NCBI GenBank assembly: GCA_030141605.1
Contig: JAQGDQ010000585.1
Span: 71,436 to 135,435 of the forward strand
DNA: 64,000 nucleotides
Direction of reading: 5' to 3'
From: Tubiluchus corallicola
Lineage: Eukaryota > Animalia > Priapulida
Part shown: positions 1 through 12,960 of the stretch, in pieces
Numbering within the stretch: position 1 is the stretch's first letter
Layout: each line of letters begins with the position of its first letter
Position numbers and translations under genes: made by a program
Notes under the pieces: model-generated
The model's input: only the letters and a program-made list of their open reading frames with translations
What the model was told of the DNA's origin: nothing
Database searches by the model: none

Positions 1-156
1 AGATATGCACACCTGCCAGTCGGATTCAAAGCTCAAACAATAGTCTGTATAATGTATCCAATATTTATAGTGAAATCGTGATGGATCTTACATAGTAATT
101 GTAAAACAACAGAAATATTTGCTATATAAACATTTATTTGAATAAAATAGAATGTT

Positions 157-480
157 CCAGACAGTAAAATAATGACTGAACAACTGTACATTTCAGATGT
201 TATGTAGATATAGAATTTAAAAAATATAATGTAATAAAATATAATCAATAAAACTATTTATATAGGTGGGTTATTGAAGCAAATTATTTTACTGGGACGA
301 TTAAACAATTACAATTGTTGAATTTTTCAGACGGGTAAAACAATAATGACTGAACAATTGTACATTTCAGATGTTATGTAGATATAGAATTTGAAAAATA
401 TAATGTAATAAAATAATTTATATAGGTGGGTTATTGAAGCAAATTATTTTACTGGGACGATTAAACAATTACAATTGTTG
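157..480. repeat. Tandem duplication of a ~165-175 bp AT-rich segment (2 copies)
   Basis: aataatgactgaacaa.tgtacatttcagatgttatgtagatatagaa...ttaaacaattacaattgttg occurs at ~157-320 and again at ~329-480 with a small deletion. Confidence 0.85.
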
Positions 481-2731
481 TAAATTTTATCATCTTGTGA
501 CTCAAATTAAACCATAGTACTATGATTTAATAATCTTAACATTGACAATCAGTTGTTACATTTCTAGACCCATGCAATATGATGTAAGTTTTATCAATTT
601 CTCAGCTGAACTATCATATCTCTAACTCAACTTAATTCGTATCTCACCTCTGATGAGTAAAGTAACTGTCGCAAGCAGTAGCGTTTAAAGGGTTAGGATC
701 CCCAGGCACAATAGCTAGGGTGTTTTTCTGGGAGCGCTGCAAGCTCCGCCAGTGGGGTCCAAAAACCGACACAAAGATGCATTCTTTTAACAAAACAACC
801 AATATGTACTTGTCACCTTGACACATTAGACGACAAGTGATTTCACAGGCCCCCGGAGAAACTAAGTATCTGGAAGATAACGTAACAGTAGAATGATATT
901 ACACTAGGCCTTCTTAGTCACTTAATAATCAATTAACGACAATCAATAATCAAGCAATTTCTGCTGCTGTAAACTTACATTTTTTCTCTAATTACCCAGT
1001 TTAGTTTTCAAGTCAAGAGTTAAGCAAAGTTGACTTTAATAAGTAAGAATTGCAGCAAACACAGAAACTGAAAGAATTACTAGAATAAACTACGTATTCA
1101 GTGACAAAGTGAGAGTGTCCAACTTATACATAAATTTACTATTTTTAAAGGGTATTTGCTTCTCGAAACTAAACGCATTTGTCCCAATGCAAAAGAGCAC
1201 TTTTCGTGAAACATGATTGCGGCATAGGTGCAGACTTTTTTATCTATAAGCTGTCATTACACATACGTACAGCACAGACACAATGTAAATTAGACACCTC
1301 GATAAGCTTAAAATGAGATTGATCACCGATGTCAAAACAATACAAAATAAAAATCAGTAAAAACACGATATTTCTAGACTAGGGTAATTCAGATCAACAA
1401 GCAGAAAGAAACCCAATTACATTTTGATGAGACACATTGAAAATATACTTCCAGTACAATAACATGAGAAAAAATAATTAAAATAGCAAAGATTAATCTG
1501 AACTATGTAATGAGAATCGCTAATTATAATAAGAAATATTGAATAACACCAGACAGTCTTAAACTGGTAATAAAACACATGGCATTAACCAGACCAGCTA
1601 GAAAGTGGAAAAATTTTACGTGTTAGCCAAGGCAGACATATGCATAAAAGGTCTGTACCAGATAGTGTCCATAACCCTATATAATAAAATACATGTCGGC
1701 TTAAAAGAAATACGATGAAAACTAGCCGATGTTTTTCAGCCAAAAACATTATAACTCAAACTCTATTGCAATACAGGGCAAATGAATTTAATGTCAATAA
1801 ACTATTACTATCAAAGGTGTAGAAACAGACAAATGCTATGGTTTTTCTAGCAATAATGCAAGCTTTCTGTACTTAACTCAAGTTGTTGGCTACAAGTTAT
1901 TATAAAATGGATTTGACTGGCATTGTTTGTTATATGGTAAGCAATGATAACCATTGAAAATTAAACGACATGAAATTTCTCTAGCGTTTTAATGCAACCA
2001 TGAACGTTTCTGACATTTTTGTCGGCTTCAAAGAACTTCAGTTGAATCTCAACTAACTTTCTTGAAACAGAAAAAAATGATTAGAAGATTCAAATGCCAT
2101 GTTTGATATAAATTTGCACAAACAATTAAATGGTAAACAATTTGCTAGTTAATACAATAAACAATAGTAAACAACACATGATACTCAATGCATTCTGAAT
2201 ATAATGGTTTCCATGCCAACTCCCTATTGAGTAAATTATCAGAGATTGTCAGATATCAAATTATAAAAATACTGAGATTAAAAATATCACATAATAGCAT
2301 ACAAATTCAAATGAAATAGTTGCATGTCGTAAGGTAAAACACAAAATACATCACCACTTTAATTATGAGCACTTATTAAAGAAATAATAAAAACTTTTAA
2401 ATAAATATTATTCTAATTATGATATAAACAAGATTGATAAAACGATACGGTAAAATATAATACTGGAAGCAAAACGACGGAGAAAGAACAAGACATATAA
2501 AGATAATAAAACAGAAAAAAAAAATATATCATAACAATGTTCAAATTTTCCCAATGTAGACTTGGCATCACCAAACCGGAAAATACATACATTTAAAACT
2601 TACAAGACAGTCTGAAAATATTAGTGTTTTGGTTTTTTAATCTTTGGCATTTGTGACTATCATGTCATGTATTACACACCATTCCATTGAATTATGGAGG
2701 TTATTCACACCTCAGAAGCCAAGCATACCTT

Positions 2732-5700
2732 CTATTCTTCAAAGATGTCATCATAGTAATTCTAAAGATAAAAGCAACATCAATCAATGAACAGAGTTTT
2801 TATCATAACCTAAAAGTGACAGGTAAACCAAATTAACTATACTTACAGTTATTCATGCTATAAAGTCAAATTTATTGTTGAAATTCATAACACTAGTAGT
2901 TGTTAATACAGTCAAACCTCCATATAACAAACCACTTTGGGACTCCAGAAAAAGTTGTCTCTAAGCGAGTTTGTCATTATAACAAGTTGCATTAATACAT
3001 AGATGTCTATGCAAATATAAACATTTTGTTTTGGTAAAAAATCTGGCCATTAAGCGAGGTTGGTATTATAAAAGGGCCGTTATAATGAGGACTGAACTAC
3101 ATTAAAATTTATCAGCTAACAAGATACTGTAGAAGTACCACGTTTGACTATTAAATTGCATATCTGCTGGAACAAATGTTCCTTGTAATTAATACATTAC
3201 AATATGCATTAATACAGTATACGTAATGCTTAAAGTACCTTAGTTATATACAGTGTTTTTGAAAACTGCAGATATGGTATGCCAACTAGTTACAACACTG
3301 TATTGTATAAAGATTTGAGAAACACAATTTCATTGCAAGTTTAATTCATTATAATGAACAAAATTTAAACTCCACAGCAGTAAAGAACAGTTGTGCATAA
3401 CAATTATCATCAACACATTATTTCTACTCCAAAATTTTCACTCTAAAAAAACATTTCACTTACCAATGCATTAGGGCATATAACAGAGTCTGTGACATCA
3501 GATCCTGGCACAATGCCAGCATGATGCGTCAACTGGTCATCAAACTGGCCCTCTTTGGACAAATCCTCGGGACCACGTCTTGCACGTGACTGTTGAATAA
3601 AGCAAAGAATGACATACTAAATCTGTCACAGCTAACTTCGGTTTGTGTGCTATCGTAGCGACATGCAAAAATGTACAGTAACTTCTCAATTCCATTCAGT
3701 TTATTTGCTCGAATACACTATGGTTTACATTGGCAAAACACATTTAACACAATACAGGTCAAATAATACATGCATATAAAATCAATGCATATTGGCTTTT
3801 ATGCAAAAGCTTACTTTCACAGACAGTGGTTGTAATGTGCAGACAGACTTTTGGTGTATTGTACATTAACAAGGTTAAGTTAGCTACCTAATTATGATGT
3901 AGTACACACAAGAAAATCAGTATTGGGTAAACAATGAAAGAAAAAATGACACGTGAGTAGTACCTATCACAGCTTTAAATAAAGTTTATAAAGAAAATAA
4001 TAATGAAAAATTTAAATAAATAACAAAATATACCCGGTATGTTGTGCAAATTATAAAACAGTAAGCGTCAATTATTAGACTCACAGTTAATTGACACAAA
4101 ACACCTGGAATTGGCTGCTCCTATTCAAATGTATATAAAAACTGCCGGTAACTGATTCCAATAACTCCGCAAAATTGCCTCTATATATTTACTTCATGCA
4201 TTTAAAATAAGATACTTGTATGTACCCAAAGAGTTTTTACTCCTTTTATGTCATCTTTACTTCACTTTTGTGTGCTATAATATGTAGAAACAGTCAAGTT
4301 AACTATAGCTTTCTTTCTAAGCGTGTACAGTGCATCTATCATATGCGCTAATATGTTAGCGTAGCGGTTTTGCTTTGAATCTGTCACCTGCTTATCTGCT
4401 GCAATTAAACTCATCATTTCTGGAAGCTAAGCATTTAGTCACTTGCCTACCGGTTGGCCTTTTGAAGCTCCTGCTCCTTTTCACAAGGTCATCACACCAA
4501 CTGCAGCTCAAGCATTAGGTGACATGGTGTTTTGCTTGAATATGTACAGCACACAGTAACAGATTTTCAATGTTTTTATCGCTATGAGAATTTCATAAAC
4601 CAACTTCTTCGTGAAGAAATGAAGCAACCGTCCTTTCATGAATTTTTGTAATTTTTAACGGTAATAATCGAATTTTTGAGATTTTTCTCTTTTTTGTTAA
4701 TTCACATATAAACTATGCTTCTTAAATAATTGCACACGGTATTTTGACGTTAATTTGTTTCTAAAATTCATTTAAAGCCTTTGTAATGCATACCAAGTTG
4801 ATGAGTGATAATTCATACTTGTATAGCAATAATATGCTAAACACTTCGGCTAACTGAATCAGTCGGTTAATTGGGTCAAAACACTTCCGTGCCAAAGTAA
4901 GTCTAATAAGTGGTACTAGTGTAGTACAAAAAAAATGATTACGAACCTTGATAAACGATCTAGCAGAATAGACATCAGCATATGTCATGCTAAGGCTGCA
5001 GCCCCACGTAGTTAATACAAATGGCTGAAAAAGCAATAATGTCATCTTTAAAGTACATTAGTTTAACAATAACATTTCATTGCCATTGTAAATGGTACAA
5101 TACAGTTTGCACAGGCGAGGAACAAAAAACTAGCTATTAAATATAAGTTCTTTTTAATTTTAGTCCACAAGAAAGTGCATTAAGAGTAACAAATTGATAT
5201 TTAATATTTTAGTTAACTTAAAAATGGCAAATAAATAAAAGCAATAAAGCCTGCTTAGTCAGTGTCAATGAAACAAACTCACTATTTAATAAACTATATT
5301 TTTTTTTCAAATCAAATCTGTCTGAAAAACTTAAATACTGCACGTAAGAATAACTACTAGTGAATTAACCGTATTTCTCATGTTAGTTTAAATTAAAACC
5401 CACAAGATAAAAGTACAAGATTTTAGTATTTACAGAAGGTTTAGATCAAGTTTAATTTGAAAACAATAAAATAACACATGAAACCTAAATTTCTTCTTAT
5501 TTCTAAACGACTGTGTTCAATTTCAATCAAGACAATTACAAATAAACAAATTCACATTTAAAATAAACATAAACATGTAAATAACAAACCATCTCAATAG
5601 ATAAACATAAACATGTAAACAACCAACCTTCTCAATAGATAGGTAACGATACGGTGTAATTATGTGTCGACGTAGACAGCTCCTCAACACATTCTTGAGC

Positions 5701-8700
5701 TTGGTAAGTTCGTCCTGATCCACGCAAGGGTGGTAAAGCAACACAACAGCCCCGTGCTGATAAAAATAGAAACAAAAATGTAACAAAACGTTTTTCCCAG
5801 CATATTACACATAATCATAAGAAACGTAATAAACTCACATGTAATTCTATTTTTTTTAAAAAACCTGGATCCAATCTTACGACAACATAGCTCAAAAGAA
5901 TCTACCCTAAAAATACTAAAAGGGAACATAACATTTTTTTTTGAGAATGAGATACTTGAAAGAATTATTACCACACAGTGGTAATTTTGCATTCGCTGTT
6001 ACACGAATTTCGTCATTCACTAGTTAGACAGGCACTAATGTCTGCATCTCAAAAACGGATTGTACAAAAAAGTGTTCACAGTAAAATATACTAACCTCCA
6101 TATTGTGTATCCAGCGCTGTGGTGGCAAGAATCGATATTCTCCGTATTTTGCCCACAGAGGGCGATGATCACCACTGAAAGAAGCACTTTCGCTATATAT
6201 AAACCATCTACTACCTTATATGTTATGTTATAAAATACAAACAATTATAACACTAGATTAGTACTCATATAACGAGTGGTATAAGAATTCATGGAAGGAA
6301 GTAATATGCACCTAGAGGCTGACCAGTTTTGCATAAAATGACACAACTCGTAAAAATTTCAGACATCCAGTGTTACAATTCACACAATTTTAATCTCTTG
6401 TTAAAATGGCTCGGCAAACATTATTACACATTATTGACAGTAAGTATCGGTTTTAAACTGTGAGAAGCAAAGCATTTTTTCTGAAAGGTTTTCTGATTTA
6501 AGAATAAAGCCGATCTGTCAAGAAACAGTCTGCTGACAAAGTAAGCACACCTATTTATGAAAGACCGAAGTCCAAAGATTATTTGTTTGTATTAAATGTT
6601 TACATATATGTGTGCTTGCAAACCAAAACCGTCCATAATTCAGGATCGTTAAAACTACGTTATGATTCTTCAAAGTAGAAAGCACCAAAATTTTGGTCAA
6701 ATGTCAGTTTCTTATTTTTTATGAAAACAAATGCTAAATATACTGGGCTTTTATATTCTAGCATCAAATTATCAGGAGAACGTCCAAAAAATACTAAAAA
6801 TCTAATTTTATAACTCCTTACTAACTGTTCTGTCTAGAAACTAGTACTGCATTTGTAAAAAATCTAACTCCGTTTGTAGCTCGTGAAAGCAACAGTTTTG
6901 CTACGGGTTTTTTCTGTTGACAAGACCAGAAGGGGTTTTTCCTATTGACCAGATCTTTGCTTCGTCAGGAAAGCCATCTACTGGATTTAAACGTAACTTC
7001 AATTTGCTCTTGTAAAATCCATAGCAACCACACTTTCGTATGGTTGCTAAGTGTTTTGTAGAAATGCAACAAAGAACAATGGCTAATTTTAACAGCAATT
7101 TTCTCAAGATTACGTTTTTCTGTGCATAGCCTGTAGCTCAAACTTCAACGTGGATTATCTAGAGTGATGAGCTTGATAACAAAATGATCCTCATGAAATG
7201 GAGATATGTGAATATCTAGAAAACCTGAATTGCCGGCTTATGGACGATTTTGCTATGCAAGCACTCATTTATAAACGAAGCACAACAATTACGCAATAGA
7301 TTAGTACCCAAGCAAGGAATAGTATAATAACTTTTAATAGAAAATAATATGCCTAAAGCTTGCCCATTTTTGCATCAAATGGTGCACTTCATTAATTTCA
7401 GACATCCAAGGTTGCAATTCTGATGATTTTAATTGAAACGGCTCAGCAAGCACTATTACACATTAGACCAAGTGCAGATCTTAACACTGTGACAAGTGAA
7501 AGGTGTGAGAAACAAATCATTTTTTTCTGAAATGTTTTCTGATTTGAGAGTAAAGCAGATCTGTCAGGAAACAGTCTGGTGCACAAACTAAGCCTATCTA
7601 TCAATGAAAAGGAACGTCATTAACTACATCATAAGGTTAACACATGCCAATAGAAAGGCGCAATCATGTACAAAAGTCCATAAAACAGAATTCTTGTAAC
7701 AACTTGTAACTTGCTGACATTCTTCTAGACGTGGGTGATGTTACAGTTAAAGGAAAACCGGATGATTGTGTAAACATTAGTTCAGAATAAAAAATCCTCT
7801 AAAATATTAAAAACTACAATAGATTTCTTAAATCAGAGCTTAGATTAAACAATAATTACCTCAGATACGCAAATTTTGTTAAACTTTCAAAGCTACGCGC
7901 GACTCAGTGAATCTACTAAGATTGGCAATGGCACCTTTTTGTCACATTGCCGTGGCCGACAAACAGAAGGCGGTACTGTGATAACCATGATCATGAACTG
8001 CAATGTTAGTTTCTGACGTCATATGATGTGCAGCCCATTTTCATGACATCACATGTTTAAGCAGACTGTAACACTCACGCAAATGTGTATGACGCTCAAA
8101 GGAAGATGCCTGCCATTGCAAAATTTCTGATGTAAGTAATAGCTGTGTTTGGTTACCATTAATTAACTTTCTAAGCTAATTACTCAAACATAAGAAACAA
8201 TTGCTAACTTTTATAGGCAAGAAAATGTATATTTTGGACAGTAAATTAAAATGAGATTAAGTCTAAACAATCACCCAGTCTTCCTTTAACAGAGAAACAA
8301 TTTTTATAAGAAATTCCACAGATAAGAAACCCCCAAAAAATTGGATTACCTTAGAACAGAAAACAAAATCAGGAGATCATGCTCTACTTACCTTAGTGGG
8401 GGAATCTCTTCATATTCTATCTTTGCTGACATGCATCTGTGTGTAGCCTAGTAACACAGTAAACTTAAAAAATATCAAAGCAAAAACCTAAGAAAATCAC
8501 TGATAGGCAAAGTTTATTGTCAATGCATAAATGGAAGTAAAAACACATTAAGCTGATCGATGTCATTAATTTCTTCCTGCACGATTACAAATCCTTTTAG
8601 CAACAAGCAAAAATATTAAATTCTATCACAAAAATTATCCGGTGCTGGTAACAAAAAAGGGAAATTTAAAATCTTCCTTACACATTATTGCCATTGTAAA

Positions 8701-11353
8701 GAAACCACTTTCTACTAATAAATTAATATATAAACAATAAATAATTTACCGGTTCATGCGTTCCTGGAGGATGACAGTAAACAAGAGAATCAGACTGGAA
8801 TACAAAAACTTATATTGAAACACAGATTGAACTCTAGTTACTGAAAATGCATATATGTATATGTATATACAAGTATAACATATATCAGTTCCTCCAACAT
8901 ATATATATATATATATGTTGGAGGAACTGAAAGTATTTTAGAGTTGGTCCGTAGCACAGGATATAATTATAGAGCTTACATAATTATAAAATGTAAATAC
9001 CTTTACATTTTATTTTAGAGTAATTTGGGCTACCATACTAGTTTCTAAATATATATATTGCCCAATAATTATATCCTGTGCTACTTACCAAGTCTAAAAT
9101 ACTTTCAGTTCGTTCAGTTTTTTAATTTTAATTCTAATTTTAATTTTTAATTGTAATGTGTAAGTATTGTCATATAAAATAATTGATTATTGAAAACTAC
9201 AACTTAATTAATCGGGGTGACATGTGCTTTGCATGTAGACAAATGCAAATTTATGATTTTAAAAAATGACAGTGACTCACTAGTATCATTTTGCTAATAT
9301 ATTTAATAATGCAAATCTTACTTACAATCAACTACAAAATTAGTACGTATTTGACTTATCATTAGTACAACTCTATACACTCATCACGTTATAACAACAC
9401 TTGAATCTCTGTACTCATCATATTACAACGACACTTGTTATATCATCTTTTATCTATGTAAATGTGCCAGATTATGTTCAATATTTATGCATATTTAATG
9501 TTTTCCAAGTAACCAGAGTGTCATTTTACCTCAAAAACGGGAATATTCCAAGGAAAAGAACACTGGTAATCAGCTGGATTGCCATCCCAATCAACATATA
9601 ACCATTTCTAAGTGTAAAAAAACATCATCTAATGAAGAACAGCAAGTAACAAACTTGTAGGACAAACTAATTATTTCGAATAATTTACAAAGATGGCCGT
9701 CCGACAGTACAATGTAAATAATAATAATAATAATCTTGATTTAAAGTTGGCTTTTGGGTCAATAATTAACATTAGCTCAAAGAGCTATTATTGCCGACTG
9801 TAAATAACAACCTATAACTATATAACAGAGACTATTATTACCCCACTTTTACCCTAAATACCACGCGTCAGGCAGGGCAACAGCAGGTACCATTTTTAAA
9901 GTCTTTGGTATGACCCGGCCGCTGGTTCGAACTTACGACCTCCTAAGCGGAAAGCAGACGCATTACCACTAGACTAAACCGTCTGGTCTAAATAAGCATA
10001 AGCAAATTCTATGTAAACATACGTGGCAATAACTCCATAAAAATGTGCTTTCCGGTTAAAAAAGCCATTTAGCCTACCGAAAAAATGCAGTTCAGAAAAT
10101 AATTAGTTGTAGACATCATTGACACTAGCATGTATGCTTAAAGTGCCCTGAGACACCAAAGTGTATCTTTATTTACAATTGGCTGCTATGCAGACAGCAG
10201 AACTCAAGCATTAACAAATCCAAGGCTACAGGTGTACTTGGCTTCGTCTACATCGTGTAATATGATGAGGTTTATTGTACAATCTTCATTTCTAAAGTGA
10301 ATTTAGCAGAAAATCTTATCTGGTCACAATGACTCATGACATTAATGACCAGAAACACTTCTAAACTTACAACACTTCTTTCTGGTAACTTCTCACTAAA
10401 CCACGACCAAAACGTCACAATATTTAACACTGTTCAGCATTACATAATTGATCAGTGAACAACTGTACACCAAAGGTAGCAACAAAATAAAAATACATTT
10501 ATGAAAAACGATAAGCAGCAAAACTTCAAAGTACAAGTCAGATATCGTTGATCAAATGACAAACTTGCGCAATTAAATCTAGAATCAAATTTCTCATAAA
10601 TGAAGTAGAAATTTTGGCAAAATTGTATAAATCATTACAGGAAAACTGGGTGATTTTTTAGACTCAATCTCATTTTAATTTACTGTCCAAAATATACATT
10701 TTCTTGCCTATATAAGTTAGCAATTGCTTCTAATATTTGAATAATTACCCTGGAAAGTTAATTAACGGTAACTGAACACAGCTATTGCTTACGTTAGAAA
10801 CTAACCACAGTTTGTGCAATGGCATGGCAAGCATTTTCCCTTGTGCGTCAAGCACATTTGAATAAGTGTACCTGCTTAAACGAGTGATTTCACAAAAATG
10901 GGCTCTACGTCATATGACATCAAAAACTAACACTGCAGTTCATGATCATGGTTATCACGTCATTCTATTTGTCGGCCACACGAATGTGACAAAAAGGAGC
11001 TGTTGCCAATCTTAGTAGATTCACTGAGCCGCACGTAGCTTTGAAAGTTCAACAAAATTTGAGTATCTGAAGTAATTATTATTTAATCTAAGCTTTGATT
11101 TAAAAAACGCTATTGTAGTTTTCAATATTTTAGAGTATTCTTTATTCTGAACTAGTTTACACAATTGTCCGATTATACTTTAAAACTGATAGTATAATGT
11201 TTCCATACTCAAGGAAACCTTTACCTGGCCATCATCACAGGCGCTGTCTTCTACTCCCATCACAGGTTCACCAGGTACATAATGATGCTTTGCTAGCCCA
11301 GTGTCAAGGACACTCAGAAGAGCTGCTAATAGTAAAACTGACCCAATGTGCAT
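2732..11353 (-). CDS. TP53I13: Secreted TP53I13-like / DUF3105-family protein (9 coding exons)
   Basis: GT-AG exons with consistent phases: 11353-11225 (signal peptide MHIGSVLLLAALLSVLDTGLA...CDDGQ), 9607-9530 (KWLYVDWDGNPADYQC), 8794-8750, 8447-8392 (HRCMSAKIEYEEIPPL), 6174-6096 (SGDHRPLWAKYGEYRFLPPQRWIHNME), 5756-5628 (HGAVVLLYHPC...CLRRHIITPY), 5024-4947 (PFVLTTWGCSL), 3589-3464 (GPEDLSKEGQFD...DSVICP), 2761-2732 (NYYDDIFEE*). The SGxHRP-W, HNxEHGA and WGC motifs are typical of DUF3105/TP53I13. Confidence 0.85.
2909..3100. mobile_element. Short Tc1/pogo-type MITE remnant
   Basis: ta-cagtcaaacctc...gaggactgaactac termini; second related copy at ~54613-54780. Confidence 0.5.
4072..4908. mobile_element. 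Degenerate non-autonomous DNA transposon with TAGACTC termini (Academ-like, tentative)
   Basis: tattagactc...aagtctaata ends; colinear diverged copy at 17575-18356 (shared tcatctttactt, tgctttgaatctg, aaaacacttcc..ccaaagt.agtcta). Confidence 0.5.
6609..7267. mobile_element. MITE family B, copy 1
   Basis: ~30-bp TIRs tgtgtgcttgcaaaccaaaaccgtccataa / ttatggacgattttgctatgcaagcactca; homologous copies at 48004-48649 (inverted) and 55069-55662. Confidence 0.8.
7747..8289. mobile_element. TTAA-flanked MITE family A (Kolobok-type), copy 1
   Basis: TTAA-aggaaaaccggatgattgt ... acaatcacccagtcttcct-TTAA; homologous copies at 10635-11183 (inverted) and 29450-29988. Confidence 0.8.
8885..9111. mobile_element. 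Perfect (AT)n-centred palindrome fused to a small foldback MITE
   Basis: tcagttcctccaac(at)n gttggaggaactga at 8885-8930; ~45-bp imperfect inverted repeats gaactgaaagtattttaga...gtagcacaggatataattat / ataattatatcctgtgctac...tctaaaatactttcagttc. Confidence 0.7.
9716..9988 (-). mobile_element. tRNA-derived SINE with a Meta-domain-like core
   Basis: Minus strand: A-box-like tagtctagtggtaa, B-box gttcgaacc, then gggtcataccaaagactttaaaaatggtacctgctg (recalled as the MetaSINE core), and a (TTA)n tail. Confidence 0.7.
10635..11183. mobile_element. TTAA-type MITE family A, copy 2 (inverted relative to copy 1)
   Basis: Reverse complement aligns along its length to 7747-8289 (e.g. ttgccaatcttagtagattcactgag, gtccaaaatatacattttcttgccta). 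Confidence 0.8.
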
Positions 11354-12349
11354 TGTGCTTCCTAAATACATAGAAGAATGATTAACATCATGTGTCATTC
11401 ATTTAAATGTGTGACTCAAATTCTGGCCTTACTTGTGAAAAATGTATATCCATCTAAGTTAGTTCCAAGTACACATATGGGCACATGTATTAAATATAGT
11501 ACACATAACCCTAAAAAACCACAGCAAGTTAGGACATTAAAATACATGCACAACATGATGTGGTATAGAACAATATTACAGGATAAACAGGATAGGCGTG
11601 AGCAGACACATAAGCAGTAATAAAATCGAATAAATTCACTTATTGTTTATCCCAACATACAACATTAGTTCAAATTTAGTATGACGTATAACCAATCAAA
11701 TAGACTGGAGCTTTTTACTAGCTTGTGAATAAATAAAGCGATAAAACAGGCTACTAAAAAGTGCATTATGTAAGCCAGTAACAGATGCAGAACAAAAGCG
11801 TTTTTTATTAGTACTATAAAGTAAACATTAAACTGTTTAACATATAAGGGTTTTTAATGTTCTTTAGAAACGGCGTGGGTACCAGTTCGGATGGAAATTG
11901 ATTCGAGTACAGTGCATATTAGTTTAGCCTTGACCCCGTTATTGGAAGAATATCAATTTTTTGATGATCAGAACTTATGCACAGCAAAGTTCGCGGTTCC
12001 ATAATCGGAACTTGAGCAACAGTAAAGTCGCATTTCGAATGAACAGAACAACATCTCACAAATTCAGGATTCCGATCATCGGGACAATATCCACTTCCCA
12101 AAATAAATAACTAAAGAGGCATTGCATGTTATAGATAATAGCCGAAAATCTGCATCTGGGCATTTTCACCTGTCACGTAGTTACACTGCCCGGAGTGAGC
12201 CATTATAATATTATTTCGTTGCAATTCAGTAAGTTGTTTCACTGCTTCCTCGGTGTCCACTCTATCTGGTTAGATAGGCACAAATAAATGTCACCGTGTA
12301 AAACACAAGTAACGTAATCAACCTTGATGCTTATCAACCGTTTATGACT

Positions 12350-12960
12350 ATTATTATTTTGGCTAAATATCCAGCACGACACCTCTTCTTTTTCTTGTTT
12401 CCATTGCTATTTGAACAAATTCCACCAACTGCTTTGCTATTTGTGGATCTTCTGACTCATCCGGATTTTGGAAATTTACTTCTGTAGTTGGTAGCACATT
12501 TCTTATCACCGTACATTTGAATAGATGCTCTTTCGTATCTGCTTCTTTACCACATAGTGCGCACCATAGATCTTCTTTAAACTTACTTCTAAATTACATT
12601 CTAGTGGTAACATATTAAGCTTTATCTCTAAAACCCTTTTTGTCTGTTCTGGTGTTAACTCAGTTATATACTGCTTGGGTTCATAGTGCTCATAAGTTAA
12701 GAACATTAACTTAGTTTTGAGTATATATGGTGATGTGCACTAACTTTAATAAATTTTCTCATGTTTTCTTTTAGATGTTTCTTCCAGGCTGACTTTTTAA
12801 GAGTCTTAATATGCCCAAACTTTATACTTATATCATATTTCTAACTAAGACTTCTAACTTCTTCAGTCTAACTTCCTTCTATTTCTTTGGTCCGCATACT
12901 TTCCACCATCTTTCGCGCATCTCTGGACTCACTTGAATTTACTAAATTATGTAAGAACAT
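12350..12960 (-). mobile_element. Decayed LINE ORF2 3' fragment
   Basis: YITELTPEQTKRVLEIKLNMLPLECN followed by a frameshifted CALCGKEADTKEHLFKC zinc-finger-like C-terminus typical of non-LTR retrotransposons. Confidence 0.55.

Noticed and set aside
9900-9988. tRNA gene
   Set aside because: A and B boxes are present but the sequence continues into a SINE core and tail, with no clean cloverleaf; same for 33620-33697 and 61780-61840
11919-12101. 60-aa Cys-containing ORF
   Set aside because: No convincing splice sites or family motif; probably a decayed transposon fragment
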